Shown: positions 29,801-40,773 of the stretch, in pieces | Layout: the number at the start of each line of letters is the position of its first letter | How positions within the stretch are numbered: position 1 is the stretch's first letter | Assembly: GCA_963704725.1 (NCBI GenBank) | Contig: OY969934.1 | Coordinates: forward strand, 2,976,001 to 3,040,000 | Length of the DNA stretch: 64,000 nucleotides | Source: an uncultured Actinomycetes bacterium | GTDB lineage: Bacteria > Actinomycetota > UBA4738 > HRBIN12 | Reading direction: 5' to 3' | Position numbers and translations under genes: made by a program | The notes under the pieces: generated by a model | The model's input: only the letters and a program-made list of their open reading frames with translations | Told to the model about the DNA's origin: nothing | The model's database searches: none

Positions 29801-29870
29801 GGAAGCACCCGGAAGGATAGCAACCGGACACGGTTCCGGTGGGCGGCCGGGCGCCGCTAGGATACGGGCC

Positions 29871-30368
29871 ATGGCGAAGGCCGATTTCTCGTTCGACATC
29901 GTGTCCGAGGTCTCGATGCCGGAGGTGGGCAACGCCGTCGACCAGGCGCGCCGGGAGATCTCCCAGCGTTTCGACTTCAAGGACACCGGCACCTCGCTGT
30001 CGCAGGACGACAAGCTGATCGAGGTCCGCTCCTCCACGGAGGACCGCCTCAAGGCCGCCGTCGAGGTCCTCAAGGAGAAGGCCGTCAGACGGGAGATCTC
30101 ACTGAAGGCACTGCACTTCGGGCCCACCCAGCCGGCGGCCAAGGGCACGGTCAGGCAATCGGTGAACGTGAACGTGGGGATCTCGGACGAGAAGGCCCGA
30201 GAGCTCGTGAAGTTCATCAAGGGCCTGAAGGTGAAGGTCCAGAGCCAGGTCCAGGGCGATCAGGTGCGCGTGACCGGCAAGGCCAAGGACGACCTGCAGG
30301 TCGTGATCAAGGCGGTGCGCGAGCAGGATTTCGGGCTCGCGCTGCAGTTCACGAACTTCCGTCCGTAG
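29871..30368 (+). CDS. yajQ: YajQ nucleotide/c-di-GMP-binding protein
   Basis: SFDIVSEV, NAVDQA, RFDFK, QGDQVRVTGKAKDDLQ, QFTNFR. Confidence 0.95.
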   Translation: MAKADFSFDIVSEVSMPEVGNAVDQARREISQRFDFKDTGTSLSQDDKLIEVRSSTEDRLKAAVEVLKEKAVRREISLKALHFGPTQPAAKGTVRQSVNVNVGISDEKARELVKFIKGLKVKVQSQVQGDQVRVTGKAKDDLQVVIKAVREQDFGLALQFTNFRP

Positions 30369-30464
30369 CCGGGACGTCCCATCGGCCCGGCTCCTCCCCA
30401 CCGAGGCGGCGGATTGTCCGCCTACGAACCCCCCGGTACATTGGCCCCACGGGGGTGATACGCC

Positions 30465-31847
30465 GTGGACACTGACCGTCTGAAGGCCAGGGCCAACGAG
30501 ATCGCAGGCAAGGAGACCGAGCGTCTGCTGGAGCGGACGCCGGCCTCGAAGCACCTCTTCGAGCGCGCCGTCGCGAGCATGCCGGACGGCGTCGCGTCCA
30601 ACTTCCAGGCCGGCCATCCCTACCCCATCTACCTGAAGCGGGGCAAGGGATCCCGTGTCTGGGACGTGGACGGCATCGAGTACGTCGACTTCCACGGCGG
30701 GTTCGGCGTCAACGTCGTGGGGCACGCCCACCCCAAGATCGTCGAGGCGATCCGCGCGGTGGCCGACCAGGGGATCCACTTCGCCGTCTCGACCGAGACC
30801 ACGGTCGCGCTCGCCGAGGCGATCTGCGAGCGGTTCCAGCTCGAGCAGATGCGCTTCGTGAACTCGGGGACCGAGGCGACGATGGACGCGGTCCGGGTCG
30901 CCCGCGCGGCGACGGGGCGCGACAAGATCCTGAAGATGGAGGGCTCGTATCACGGGCACCACGACTCCGTCCTGTTCTCGGTCGTCCCCGAGGCGGACGT
31001 CCTCGACATGAAGTTCGAGACCGGAGGGGCCGGCCGAGCCTGGTACACCACGCGGCCGACGTCCAAGGGCGTGCCCCAAGCCCTGTGGGACACGGTGATC
31101 GTCGCCCCGTTCAACGACGCCGACGCGGTCCGCCAGGCGTTCGCCGACAACCCGGGCCAGATCGCGGCCGTGATCCTCGAGCCGGTCATGATGAACATCG
31201 GGCTGGTGCCACCCAAGCCCGGCTACCTCGAGGCCCTGCGCGATGCCTGCGACGCGAACGGCGCGGTGCTGATCTTCGACGAGGTCAAGTGCGGCGGAAC
31301 GATCGCCTACGGCGGCACGGCGGAGCGCTACGGCGTGAGGCCGCATCTCGCCGCGTTCGCCAAGGCCGTGGGTGGCGGCGCCACCATCGGCGCGTTCGGC
31401 GGGGAGGCCCGCATCATGGAGTGGGTCACCAAGGGTGCCGCCCAGCAGGGCACGTTCAACGGCAACCCGCTGTCGGTGGCGGCCGGGCTCGCCGCGCTCA
31501 CCGAGGTCCTGACGAAGGACGCGTACGAGCACCTCGGCACGCTCGGCACGATGCTCGCCGAGGGATGCCAACGGGCGATCGACGAGACCGGGATCCCGGC
31601 GCACGCCGTCGATCTCGGGGCCAAGGGATGCGTCTCCTACCGCAAGGAGCCGCTCACCAACTACCGGGACTTCCTCGAGACGATCCCTGAGCTCTTCTAC
31701 GCGTCCTACGGGTGGATGGTGAACCGTGGCGTGTTCATGACGCCCGGCGACGAGGAGCAGTGGACGATCTCGGTGCAGCACACCGAGGAGGACATCGGCC
31801 GGTACGTCGACGCCTTCGGCGAGTTCTGCTCGGAGCTCGTCCGGTAG
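30465..31847 (+). CDS. class III PLP aminotransferase (GSAM-like)
   Basis: NSGTEAT, YHGHHD, LIFDEV, FAKAVGGG, GTFNGNP. Confidence 0.9.
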   Translation: MDTDRLKARANEIAGKETERLLERTPASKHLFERAVASMPDGVASNFQAGHPYPIYLKRGKGSRVWDVDGIEYVDFHGGFGVNVVGHAHPKIVEAIRAVADQGIHFAVSTETTVALAEAICERFQLEQMRFVNSGTEATMDAVRVARAATGRDKILKMEGSYHGHHDSVLFSVVPEADVLDMKFETGGAGRAWYTTRPTSKGVPQALWDTVIVAPFNDADAVRQAFADNPGQIAAVILEPVMMNIGLVPPKPGYLEALRDACDANGAVLIFDEVKCGGTIAYGGTAERYGVRPHLAAFAKAVGGGATIGAFGGEARIMEWVTKGAAQQGTFNGNPLSVAAGLAALTEVLTKDAYEHLGTLGTMLAEGCQRAIDETGIPAHAVDLGAKGCVSYRKEPLTNYRDFLETIPELFYASYGWMVNRGVFMTPGDEEQWTISVQHTEEDIGRYVDAFGEFCSELVR

Positions 31848-31874
31848 CGACGCCGTTCATCGCCAAGTACCATC

Positions 31875-31904
31875 CCGGGCCGGCCCGATCGCGGGCCGGC
31901 CCGG
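31875..31904 (+). terminator. GC stem-loop between aminotransferase and decarboxylase
   Basis: CCGGGCCGGCCCG-ATCG-CGGGCCGGCCCGG. Confidence 0.55.
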
Positions 31905-31923
31905 TCACGTCACGGGAGACCGC

Positions 31924-33282
31924 ATGCCGTCGATGCACGAGTACACCGAGGAGACCGAGGCTCTCACCCGAGCCGTCGTGGCGTACGCGCGCGGGCGCAT
32001 CGCGAACCCGCAGCCGCTGGATCGCCCGGCCTCGCCGGAGGAGCTGAACCGGCGCGCCGGCAGGACCATCACGCCGAGAGGCATCGGCGGCGAGGAGGCC
32101 CTGCGCATCTGGGCCGAGGTCCTCGCGCCGGCCACGATCACGACGGACCACCCGAGCTTCGTGGCGTTCGTCCCCGGCGCGCCGACGAAGGCGAGCGTCC
32201 TGTTCGACCTCGCCGTCAGCGCCTCCGAGATCTACGGGGGGAGCTGGCTGGAGGGAGCGGGCGCGGTCTGGGCCGAGAACCAGGTCCTGCGCTGGGTCGC
32301 CGATCTCGCCGGCCTGGGACCCGAGGCCGGTGGGTGCTTCGTGTCCGGCGGGACCGCCGGCAACCTGTCGGCCCTCGTGGCGGCGCGGTTCGCCGCCCTC
32401 GCCGGCAGCGACCGGGCCCGCCCGGACCGGTGGCGGGTCGTCTGCGCCGACACCGCGCACTCCTCGGTGGCCTCGGCGGCGCGGGTGATGGACGCCGAGC
32501 TCGTCACCGTGCCGCACGACGAGCGCGGCCGCCTCACCGGCCCTGCTCTCGAGCGGACCCTCGACGCGACGCAGGCCGAGGGCGCCTTCGCCGTCGTCGC
32601 CAGCGCCGGCTCGACGAACGCCGGCGTGATCGACGACCTGGAGGGCGTGGCCGCGGTGTGCCGGCGGCGTGCGCTGTGGTTCCACGTCGACGGGGCGTAC
32701 GGCGGGGCCGGCCTCCTTGCGCCGAGCGTGCGCGGGCGGTTCCGCGGCATCGAGCTCGCCGACTCCTTCATCGTCGACCCGCACAAGTGGCTGTTCGCCC
32801 CGTTCGACTCGTGCGCGCTCGTGTACCGCGATCCGGCGATGGCCCGCGCCGCGCACCGCCAGGACGCCTCCTACCTCGACACGCTGAACGCCACCTCCGA
32901 GTGGAACCCGAGCGACTTCGCCCACCACCTGTCCCGGCGCCCCCGCGGCCTCCCCCTGTGGTTCTCCCTCGCGACGTACGGATCCGACGCGTACCGCGAA
33001 GCGGTCGAGCGCGTGCTCGACCTGACACGGGCGACGGCCGAGGAGATCCGGCGGCGCCCCGAGCTGGAGCTGGTCCTCGAGCCCGAGCTCTCGGTCGTCC
33101 TGTTCCGCCGGCTCGGCTGGTCGCCGCAGGACTACGAGTCGTGGTGGCCCCGGGCCCTCGCCGCGCAGGTCGGGTTCGTGCAGCCGTCCTCGTGGGAGGG
33201 CGAGAAGGTGGCGCGCCTGTGCTTCGTCAACCCCCTCACGACGATCGACCACGTCCGCGCGATCCTCGGCACGATGTCGTGA
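31924..33282 (+). CDS. group II PLP-dependent amino acid decarboxylase
   Basis: SGGTAGN, AHSS, HVDGAYGG, DPHKWL. Confidence 0.92.
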   Translation: MPSMHEYTEETEALTRAVVAYARGRIANPQPLDRPASPEELNRRAGRTITPRGIGGEEALRIWAEVLAPATITTDHPSFVAFVPGAPTKASVLFDLAVSASEIYGGSWLEGAGAVWAENQVLRWVADLAGLGPEAGGCFVSGGTAGNLSALVAARFAALAGSDRARPDRWRVVCADTAHSSVASAARVMDAELVTVPHDERGRLTGPALERTLDATQAEGAFAVVASAGSTNAGVIDDLEGVAAVCRRRALWFHVDGAYGGAGLLAPSVRGRFRGIELADSFIVDPHKWLFAPFDSCALVYRDPAMARAAHRQDASYLDTLNATSEWNPSDFAHHLSRRPRGLPLWFSLATYGSDAYREAVERVLDLTRATAEEIRRRPELELVLEPELSVVLFRRLGWSPQDYESWWPRALAAQVGFVQPSSWEGEKVARLCFVNPLTTIDHVRAILGTMS

Positions 33283-33950
33283 GTGGCGTCGGGGCGGTCC
33301 TGCTGGACCTGTACGACACGCTCGCGTGGACCGACTGGCCGGCGCTGCGGGCCGGGCTCGAGGACCGCTTCGGCCTGAGCGAGCGGGATCTGCTGCGCGC
33401 CTTCACGACCACGCGCGAGGCCCGCAGCGTCGGCGCGTACGGCAGCGCCGAGGGCGACCTGGCGGCGATCCTCGAGGCCGCGGGCATCGCCCCCGAACCC
33501 GACCTGGTGCGCGAGCTCGACGCCGAGCGCACGAGGATCCTCCTCGGCACCGGGGTCCACCTGTGGGAGGACTCGATCCCCACGCTCCGCGAGCTCCGGC
33601 GTCGCGGCGTGCGGACCGCGGTGGTGAGCAACTGCGACCACGCCACCCGCCCCATCGTCGAGCACCTCGGGCTCGGGGCGGAGACCGACGCCGTGGTCCT
33701 GTCCTTCGAGGCCCGAGTCGCCAAGCCGGATCCGGGCATCTACCTCGCGGCGCTGGATGCCCTTGGCGGGATCGATCCGGCGGACGCGACCTTCGTCGAC
33801 GACCAGACGCGCCACTGCGACGGGGCGCGAGCCCTGGGGATCACGCCGTACCTGATCCGGCGCGACGACGTCGACCCGGTCGAGGGTGTGAGCGAGCCCG
33901 GAGGCCACCGGGTGATCCGGAGCCTCCGGGCCCTGCTGGAGCTGCTGTAG
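33279..33950 (+). CDS. HAD-family hydrolase
   Basis: LLDLYDTL, VSN, KPDP, FVDD. Confidence 0.9.
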   Translation: MSGVGAVLLDLYDTLAWTDWPALRAGLEDRFGLSERDLLRAFTTTREARSVGAYGSAEGDLAAILEAAGIAPEPDLVRELDAERTRILLGTGVHLWEDSIPTLRELRRRGVRTAVVSNCDHATRPIVEHLGLGAETDAVVLSFEARVAKPDPGIYLAALDALGGIDPADATFVDDQTRHCDGARALGITPYLIRRDDVDPVEGVSEPGGHRVIRSLRALLELL

Positions 33951-33953
33951 AGC

Positions 33954-34817
33954 TCAGCCCACCCGGCGCTTGATCTCCTCGAGCCGGGCGATCCGGGCCT
34001 CCGTCGGCGGGTGCGTCGAGAACAGGCTCGCCAGGCTGGCGGCCGCCTGACGCCCCCGGAACGGGTTCACGATGAACAGGTGCGCCTGGGCCGGACTGAC
34101 GCTCGCCGGCACCGGCACCTGCTTCGCCGTGGCCTCGAGCTTGCGGAGCGCGCTGGCGAGCGCGTCCGGGTCGTGCGACAGGAGCGCGCCCGACTCGTCG
34201 GCCTGGTACTCGCGCGAGCGGCTCACGGCCATCTGGATGATCGCGGCCGCGACCGGAGCGAGGATCCAGGCGAAGAGCATGCCGAAGGCTCCGAAGGGGC
34301 TGTTGCGGTTGTCCCCGCCGCCGAAGAAGAGCGCGAACCGCGCCAGGAACGTGATGCTCATCCCGATGCCCGACGCGATCGAGCTGATCAGGATGTCGCG
34401 GTTGGCGACGTGGGAGAGCTCGTGGGCCAGGACGCCCCTGAGCTCGCGCTCGTCGAGGATCTGGAGGATCCCCCTCGTCACCGAGACGGCGGCGTGCTGG
34501 GGGTTCCGGCCGGTGGCGAACGCGTTCGGCTGCTGCATCTCCGAGATGTAGATCCTCGGAAGGGGCATGTTGCTCGCCTGGGTGAGCTCGCGGACGATCC
34601 GGTACAGCTCCGGCGCCTCCTGCTCGGTCACCGGCTTGGAGCGGGTGCTCCCGATGGCGATCTTGTCGCTGAACCAGTACATCGAGAAGTTGAAGACCAG
34701 GGCGATCGCCAGCGCCAGCACCATGCCGCCGGTGCCCCAGATCGAGCCGACGAGCACGAACGCGCCGCCGAGGGCGGCGATCAGGATCCAGGTCTTGACC
34801 CTGTTGAGACCGATCAT
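33954..34817 (-). CDS. htpX: zinc metalloprotease HtpX
   Basis: PNAFATG, HELSH, SRSREYQAD, FSTHPP. Confidence 0.95.
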   Translation of the reverse strand: MIGLNRVKTWILIAALGGAFVLVGSIWGTGGMVLALAIALVFNFSMYWFSDKIAIGSTRSKPVTEQEAPELYRIVRELTQASNMPLPRIYISEMQQPNAFATGRNPQHAAVSVTRGILQILDERELRGVLAHELSHVANRDILISSIASGIGMSITFLARFALFFGGGDNRNSPFGAFGMLFAWILAPVAAAIIQMAVSRSREYQADESGALLSHDPDALASALRKLEATAKQVPVPASVSPAQAHLFIVNPFRGRQAAASLASLFSTHPPTEARIARLEEIKRRVG

Positions 34818-34898
34818 GGTTCGGATCCCTCCTTTACCGGACCATTCGCCGACCCTCGGGCCCGGGTTCTAGCGCTCAAGCAGCGTAGCGGTAGCGCT

Positions 34899-34941
34899 CC
34901 GGTCGCGAGGGCGCCTCGCGACCTCGCGACCTCGCGACCGG
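34899..34941. repeat. hairpin with triplicated arm between nuoN2 and htpX
   Basis: CCGGTCGCGAGG-gcg-(CCTCGCGA)x3-CCGG. Confidence 0.7.
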
Positions 34942-34942
34942 C

Positions 34943-36409
34943 CTAGGGCCCGACCAGCGTGGACAGCGGCGGGAAGTGGGCCAGGAGCTCCGGCCACACC
35001 CCCACGGCCACGACCGCCACGCTCGTCAGGACCGTGACCGCCGTGACCAGGGCCGGTGAGACGAGCGGCCGGTCGTGCTCGGGTTCGGCGAAGAGCATCT
35101 GCCTGGGGACGGCCAGGTAGTACACGAGGCTGACGACCGAGTTCACCAGCATCACGACGGCCAGCGTCGTCCCGATCCCTCCGCGCTCGATGGCCGCCTT
35201 GAACACGAGGAACTTGGCCCAGAACCCGCCCAGGGGCGGGATGCCGGCCAGCGAGACCATGAACACGGTCATCGCGAACGCCATCACCCCGGCCCGTCGT
35301 CCCAGGCCGGCGAAATCGGCGATCAGCAGCCCACGCGACTCGCGCGACATGGCGATCACGACCGCGAACGCCCCCAGCGTCATGATCGCGTAGATCAGGA
35401 TGTAGGTGACGGCCGCCGAGAACGCGTCCTGGTTGATGGCCCGGTCGGCCGAGACCAGCGCGAACGGCAGCAGCATGTACCCGGCCTGGGCGATGCTCGA
35501 GTACGCGAGCAGGCGGACGACCTGGCGCTGCTGGAGGGCGACGAGGTTGCCGATCGTCATCGTCGCGATCGACAGCGCGGCGAAGATCGGCGTCCAGAAC
35601 TCGTGCTGGTGGGGGAACGCCACGAACATGAGCTGGAGCAGTCCGGCGAACCCGGCGGCCTTCGACGCCGTCGCCAGGAACGCCGCCACCGGGACCGGCG
35701 CGCCCTCGTAGGTGTCCGGCGCCCAGAACTGGAACGGCACGGCGCTCACCTTGAACGCGAAGCCGGCCACGATGAACAGGATGGCCGCGAACACGAGCGT
35801 CTCCTGCCCCGCGGCGATCGGCTCGGAGAGCACCCGCCCGATGCCCTGGAGATCGAGCGTGCCGGTCACGCCGTACACGAGGCTCATGCCGTAGAGCATC
35901 ACGGCCGTGGACAGGACGCCGATCAGGAAGAACTTGATGCCCGCCTCGTTGGAGCGCGGGTCCGACTTGCGGAAGGCCGCGATCAGGAACCCCGGCGCGC
36001 TCACCATCTCCAGGGAGATGAACAGCATCAGCAGGTTCCGCGAGCTCGGCATCAGCAGGCACCCGAGGAACGACGTGAGGAGCAGGAAGTAGTACTCGCC
36101 CTGGTAGAAGCGGCCGTCCCGGAAGTACCGGAGCGACACCATGAGGACGATGAGCGCCACGGCCAGGAAGAAGATCTTGAACAGGACGGCGAAGTCGTCC
36201 ACCACGAACATCCCGCCGAAGGTGGTCCGTCGCTCCCCGATCAGCGTGAGCACCGCGACGAGGGACGCCAGCACCCCGGCCAGGCCGAGGGGCATCGTGA
36301 GCCACTTGCGGCGCTGCGACAGGAACGCATCGGCCACCAGGACCAGCAGGAGCGTCCCGGACAGGATCAGCTCGGGCAGGATGGCGTGGTAGTCGATGGC
36401 CTGGTTCAT
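34943..36409 (-). CDS. nuoN: NADH-quinone oxidoreductase subunit N (set 2)
   Basis: EAGIKFF, FKVSAVPFQFWAPDTYEGAP, LAYSSIAQ. Confidence 0.95.
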   Translation of the reverse strand: MNQAIDYHAILPELILSGTLLLVLVADAFLSQRRKWLTMPLGLAGVLASLVAVLTLIGERRTTFGGMFVVDDFAVLFKIFFLAVALIVLMVSLRYFRDGRFYQGEYYFLLLTSFLGCLLMPSSRNLLMLFISLEMVSAPGFLIAAFRKSDPRSNEAGIKFFLIGVLSTAVMLYGMSLVYGVTGTLDLQGIGRVLSEPIAAGQETLVFAAILFIVAGFAFKVSAVPFQFWAPDTYEGAPVPVAAFLATASKAAGFAGLLQLMFVAFPHQHEFWTPIFAALSIATMTIGNLVALQQRQVVRLLAYSSIAQAGYMLLPFALVSADRAINQDAFSAAVTYILIYAIMTLGAFAVVIAMSRESRGLLIADFAGLGRRAGVMAFAMTVFMVSLAGIPPLGGFWAKFLVFKAAIERGGIGTTLAVVMLVNSVVSLVYYLAVPRQMLFAEPEHDRPLVSPALVTAVTVLTSVAVVAVGVWPELLAHFPPLSTLVGP

Positions 36410-36437
36410 CGTCGGGTCGCCGTCTCGCGCACCTCGA

Positions 36438-37976
36438 TCAGCCGCCGAACAGGCGCAGGATCGCCTCGACCGGTTCCTGGGTCACGCCGAGGATCAGCCG
36501 GGGGAAGACCCCCAGCGCGACGACGGCGACCAGCAGCGGCGCCCACGAGACCCACTCCACGGCCAGGACGTCCGGGAAGCTCTCGCCCCGCCACTTCTCC
36601 GGGAGCGTGCCCATGTTCACGCGCTGCAGCATCCACAGGAAATAGCCCGCGGTCAGGATCGTCCCCACGCCGCCCGCCACCATGAACACCCGGAACAGGC
36701 CGGTGTTCAGCGTCGCCATCGGGTTGTAGCTCGACAGCAGGGCCATCACCTCACCCCAGAACCCGGCCAGGCCCGGCAGCCCGAGCGAGGCGATCGCCAC
36801 GAACGCGAAGACGCCGCCCAGGTACGGGAGCTTCTGCATCACCCCGCCGCCGATCTCCGCGATCTCGCGCGTGTGGTACCGGTCGTAGAGCGAGCCCACG
36901 CAGAAGAACAGCATCCCGGTGATGACCCCGTGGGCGACCATCCCGAAGATCGCCGCGTTGATCCCGATCGTCGTGAGCGTGGCGATGCCGAGCATCACGA
37001 ACCCCATGTGGCCGACCGAGCTGAACGCGATCAGCCGTTTCAGGTCCTTCTGAGCCAGGCAGGCGAGCGCCGCGTACACGATCGCGATCGCCGCCAGCGC
37101 ACCGATCCAGGGCGCGTACTTCTGGGCGCCGTAGGGCAGGACCGGCAGCGCGATCCGGATGAACCCGTAGGTCCCCATCTTCAGCATGATCCCGGCGAGC
37201 AGCACCGAGCCGATCGTGGGGGCCTCGGTATGGGCGTCGGGCAGCCACGTGTGGAACGGCCACATCGGCACCTTGACGGCGAAGCCCAGCCCCACGGCGG
37301 CGAACACCACGAGCTGGAACGCGTGGGAGAACCCGCCACCCGACGCGAAGTTCTGCAGCGCCACGATGTCGAACGTGTGCTGACCGCCGCCGAGGTCCGA
37401 CCGGAAGTACATCGCCAGGAACCCCAGCAGCATGAAGACGGACCCGAACAGCGTGTACAGGAAGAACTTGATCGCCGCGTACTCGCGGTTGGCGCTGCCC
37501 CAGATGCCGATCAGGAAGTACATCGGGACCAGGACCAGCTCCCAGAAGACGAAGAACAGGATGAGGTCGAACGCGATGAAGGTGCCGGCCATCCCGGTCT
37601 CGAGCAGCAGCATGAGCCCAATGAACGCCTTCGTCTTCCCCGGCTTGGGGACGAAGTGCCACGTGTAGATGGCGCACAGGAACGACAGCGCGAACGTGAG
37701 GACGTACAGGGGCAGGGAGATGCCGTCGATGCCCACGTGGTACTGGGCGCCGATCGCGGGGATCCACCGCGTGTTCAGCTCGAACTGCAGGCCGCCGGAC
37801 CCGCCGTAGTCGAAGCCGAACGCCAGCACGATCGCGACCACGAGCGCCGCGCCCGTGAACACGATGCCGAGCGCCCGCACCGCGCGCTCGTGCCGGCGCG
37901 GGACGAGCGCGATCACCAGCGCCCCCGCCAGCGGCAGGAACGTGGCGATCGTGATCGCCGAGTTCTCCCAGGTCAT
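36438..37976 (-). CDS. nuoM: subunit M (set 2)
   Basis: FFVFWE, AVKVPMWPFHTWLPDAHTEAP, LKMGTYG. Confidence 0.95.
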   Translation of the reverse strand: MTWENSAITIATFLPLAGALVIALVPRRHERAVRALGIVFTGAALVVAIVLAFGFDYGGSGGLQFELNTRWIPAIGAQYHVGIDGISLPLYVLTFALSFLCAIYTWHFVPKPGKTKAFIGLMLLLETGMAGTFIAFDLILFFVFWELVLVPMYFLIGIWGSANREYAAIKFFLYTLFGSVFMLLGFLAMYFRSDLGGGQHTFDIVALQNFASGGGFSHAFQLVVFAAVGLGFAVKVPMWPFHTWLPDAHTEAPTIGSVLLAGIMLKMGTYGFIRIALPVLPYGAQKYAPWIGALAAIAIVYAALACLAQKDLKRLIAFSSVGHMGFVMLGIATLTTIGINAAIFGMVAHGVITGMLFFCVGSLYDRYHTREIAEIGGGVMQKLPYLGGVFAFVAIASLGLPGLAGFWGEVMALLSSYNPMATLNTGLFRVFMVAGGVGTILTAGYFLWMLQRVNMGTLPEKWRGESFPDVLAVEWVSWAPLLVAVVALGVFPRLILGVTQEPVEAILRLFGG

Positions 37977-37994
37977 CGGTCTCTCTTCTCCCTC

Positions 37995-39980
37995 TCAGAT
38001 CCTCGTGAAGACGACGGCCAGGATCACCACGCCGGTGAACAGGAACGCCGCGTAGCGCTGCACGTTGCCCGACTGGACGTACCGCAGGAGCCCGCCGGTG
38101 AAGCCGGCGAGGTTGGCCGCGCCGTTGACGGCTCCGTCGATCACGTTCCGGTCGATCCAGGAGATCGCGCCCGCGAACGCACGAGCCAGCGCGGCCATGC
38201 CGTTCACGACGCCGTCGAGCACGTTCTGGTTGGTCCAGTAGACGGCGGCCGCGACCTCGTCCCGGATCGGCCGGATGACGCCCTTCCAGTAGACGTCGTC
38301 CAGGTAGTACTTGTTCTCCAGGAGCGTGTAGCCCGGTCCCAGCGACCGGATCGGGTCGCGCTCCTTCCACTCGCGATACACGAGATAGCCGCCTCCGACC
38401 CCGATCGCGACGACGCCGATCGAGAGCGCGGCGATCCACGGCACGAACTCGACGGCCTCGGGCTCGTGCAGGAACACCCAGTCGAAGAACGGCGCCCCGA
38501 GGGCCCCGGCTCCCAGCAGCCCGACGAACACCGTGGCCGTCCCCAGCGCGACGAGCGGACCGGTCATCGAGACCGGCGATTCGTGGGGGTGGCCTTCGCC
38601 CCGGTACGTGCCGAAGAAGGTCTGCATGACCATCCGCGTGGTGTAGAAGGCGGTCAGGATCGCCGTCAGCACCATCACGGCGAAGAGGATCTCGTGGCCG
38701 TGCGACGCGCCGACGAGCAGCTCGTCCTTCGACCAGAAGCCCGAGAGCGGAGGGATCCCGGCCAACGCGGCCGAGCCGACGAGGAACGTCCAGAACGTGA
38801 CCGGCATCGGCTTCCGCAGCCCGCCCATCTCGCTCATGTCGTTGGTGTGGCAGGCGTGGATCACGGACCCCGAGCCGAGGAACAGCAGGGCCTTGAAGAA
38901 GGCGTGGGTGAACAGGTGGAAGAAGGCGGCGTCTCGGCCGGCCACGCCGACCGACATGATCGCCACCATGTAGGCGAGCTGTGACACCGTCGAGTACGCC
39001 AGCACACGCTTCACGTCGTTCTGCACCAACGCGAGGAGTGCCGCGCCCAGCATCGTGATGCCCCCGACGATGCCGACGACCTGGAGCACGTAGGGCTGGG
39101 CGTTGACGAAGACCTCGAACATCCGTCCCACCAGGTAGACGCCGGCCGCGACCATCGTCGCGGCGTGGATCAGGGCCGACACGGGCGTGGGGCCGGCCAT
39201 GGCATCCGGGAGCCAGACGTGCAGCGGGAACTGGGCCGACTTGCCGATCGTGCCGCCGAACAGCAGGAGCGCCGCCAGCGAGACGAGCCCCACCGACAGC
39301 CTCCCGCCGGCCACGATCTCCCCGATCTCGCGGATGTTGGAGGTTCGGAACCCGGTCGCGGCCACCAGCACGAAGATCCCGAACATGAACGGGACGTCGC
39401 CGATGCGCGTCGTGATGAAGGCCTTGATAGCGGAGCCGGAGTTGACGGCGTCCTCCCACCAGTGCCCGATCAGCAGGTAGGAGCAGACCCCCATGATCTC
39501 CCAGCCCACGAGGAGCTGGAACAGGTTGTTGGCGACGACGACGTTCAGCATGGCGCCGGTGAACAGCGACAGCACCACGAAGAACCACGTGTAGCGCTGG
39601 TCTCCGTGCATGTAGCCGACCGAGTACACGTGGACGCAGAGCGACACGCCCGTGACGACGATGAGCATCACGGCGGTGAGCCCGTCGACGAGCTGCCCCA
39701 GCTCCATCCGGAGCGGACCGATCTGGAACCAGCTCACCGAGCTCTCGTACGTGGCGCCGCCGTGCTGCACGAACTGCCACAGCACACCGATCGACATCAG
39801 GAAGCAGACGCCGACCGCCGTGATCCCGTAGACGGCCCCCTTGCCCGGGGTCCGCTTCCCCACGAACAGCGTGAGCGCCGCCGAGACGAACGGCAGCACG
39901 ATGATCAGCCAGGCGTGGTCGACGAACCAGTTCGGGGCGGCCACGGCTTGCTCGGCCTGCAGGAGGGTCGCGCCTACCAC
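37995..39980 (-). CDS. nuoL: subunit L (set 2)
   Basis: [31 protein letters not shown]. Confidence 0.95.
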   Translation of the reverse strand: MVGATLLQAEQAVAAPNWFVDHAWLIIVLPFVSAALTLFVGKRTPGKGAVYGITAVGVCFLMSIGVLWQFVQHGGATYESSVSWFQIGPLRMELGQLVDGLTAVMLIVVTGVSLCVHVYSVGYMHGDQRYTWFFVVLSLFTGAMLNVVVANNLFQLLVGWEIMGVCSYLLIGHWWEDAVNSGSAIKAFITTRIGDVPFMFGIFVLVAATGFRTSNIREIGEIVAGGRLSVGLVSLAALLLFGGTIGKSAQFPLHVWLPDAMAGPTPVSALIHAATMVAAGVYLVGRMFEVFVNAQPYVLQVVGIVGGITMLGAALLALVQNDVKRVLAYSTVSQLAYMVAIMSVGVAGRDAAFFHLFTHAFFKALLFLGSGSVIHACHTNDMSEMGGLRKPMPVTFWTFLVGSAALAGIPPLSGFWSKDELLVGASHGHEILFAVMVLTAILTAFYTTRMVMQTFFGTYRGEGHPHESPVSMTGPLVALGTATVFVGLLGAGALGAPFFDWVFLHEPEAVEFVPWIAALSIGVVAIGVGGGYLVYREWKERDPIRSLGPGYTLLENKYYLDDVYWKGVIRPIRDEVAAAVYWTNQNVLDGVVNGMAALARAFAGAISWIDRNVIDGAVNGAANLAGFTGGLLRYVQSGNVQRYAAFLFTGVVILAVVFTRI

Positions 39981-40276
39981 TTGAGGAGGTTCACCTCGTC
40001 CACGTTGATCGTCTCGCGGTTGCGATAGATCAGGATCACGATCGCGAGCCCGATGCCCACCTCGGCGGCGGCCACGGCGATCACGAACAGCGCGAACACC
40101 TGCCCGGTGAGGTCGCCGAGCGCCTGGCTGAACGCGATGAGGTTGACGTTGACCGCGTTCAGCATCAGCTCGATCGACATGAGCACGAGCACGGCGTTGC
40201 GACGGGCCAGCACGCCGTACACGCCCGTGCCGAACAGGACGGCCGAGAACGTCAGCGGCAGGAAGAGACGGATCAC
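39974..40276 (-). CDS. nuoK: subunit K (set 2)
   Basis: [23 protein letters not shown]. Confidence 0.93.
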   Translation of the reverse strand: MIRLFLPLTFSAVLFGTGVYGVLARRNAVLVLMSIELMLNAVNVNLIAFSQALGDLTGQVFALFVIAVAAAEVGIGLAIVILIYRNRETINVDEVNLLKW

Positions 40277-40773
40277 GTCCGGTCGTCCCTGCGCGAGAGC
40301 ACGATCGCGCCGATCAGGGCCGCGAGCAACAGGAACGAGATGACCTCGAACGGCAGCACGAAGTCGCTGAAGATCGACAGGCCGACGCTGGCCGCGCTGC
40401 CCCCGCTCGGATCGATCCGCGGGCCGTCCCACGGGAACGCTCCCTGGATCATGAAGATGAGGCCCGCCACGATCGCCAGGCCCACCAGGAACGCGACGCT
40501 CCGCCGCTGGTTGTCGAGCGCCTCCCGCCCGATCGGCGCCTTGGTCAGCATGAGCCCGAACAGGAACAGGATCACGATCGCGCCGACGTAGATCAGGATC
40601 TGCACCCACGCCACGAACTCCGCCGACAGCAACAGGTATACCCCCGCCACCATCGAGAGCGTCAGCACGAGATACAGCGCGGCATGCACCACGTTCCGCG
40701 CCGTCACCAGCCGGAACGCCGCAACGACCCCCACCAACCCCATCACGACGAACGCGTACTCCTGCCCGCTCAC
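40273..40773 (-). CDS. nuoJ: subunit J (set 2)
   Basis: [25 protein letters not shown]. Confidence 0.93.
   Translation of the reverse strand: MSGQEYAFVVMGLVGVVAAFRLVTARNVVHAALYLVLTLSMVAGVYLLLSAEFVAWVQILIYVGAIVILFLFGLMLTKAPIGREALDNQRRSVAFLVGLAIVAGLIFMIQGAFPWDGPRIDPSGGSAASVGLSIFSDFVLPFEVISFLLLAALIGAIVLSRRDDRT

Noticed and set aside
30465-31847. Calling the aminotransferase hemL
   Set aside because: Diverged motifs (DEVKCG, no VNSPVRAF) and no tetrapyrrole gene context
36396-39780. Very long alternative-frame ORFs (e.g. 36751-39780, 36396-38984, 12561-15314, 59435-61726)
   Set aside because: Arg/Gly/Pro-rich shadows of real genes caused by stop-codon scarcity at high GC
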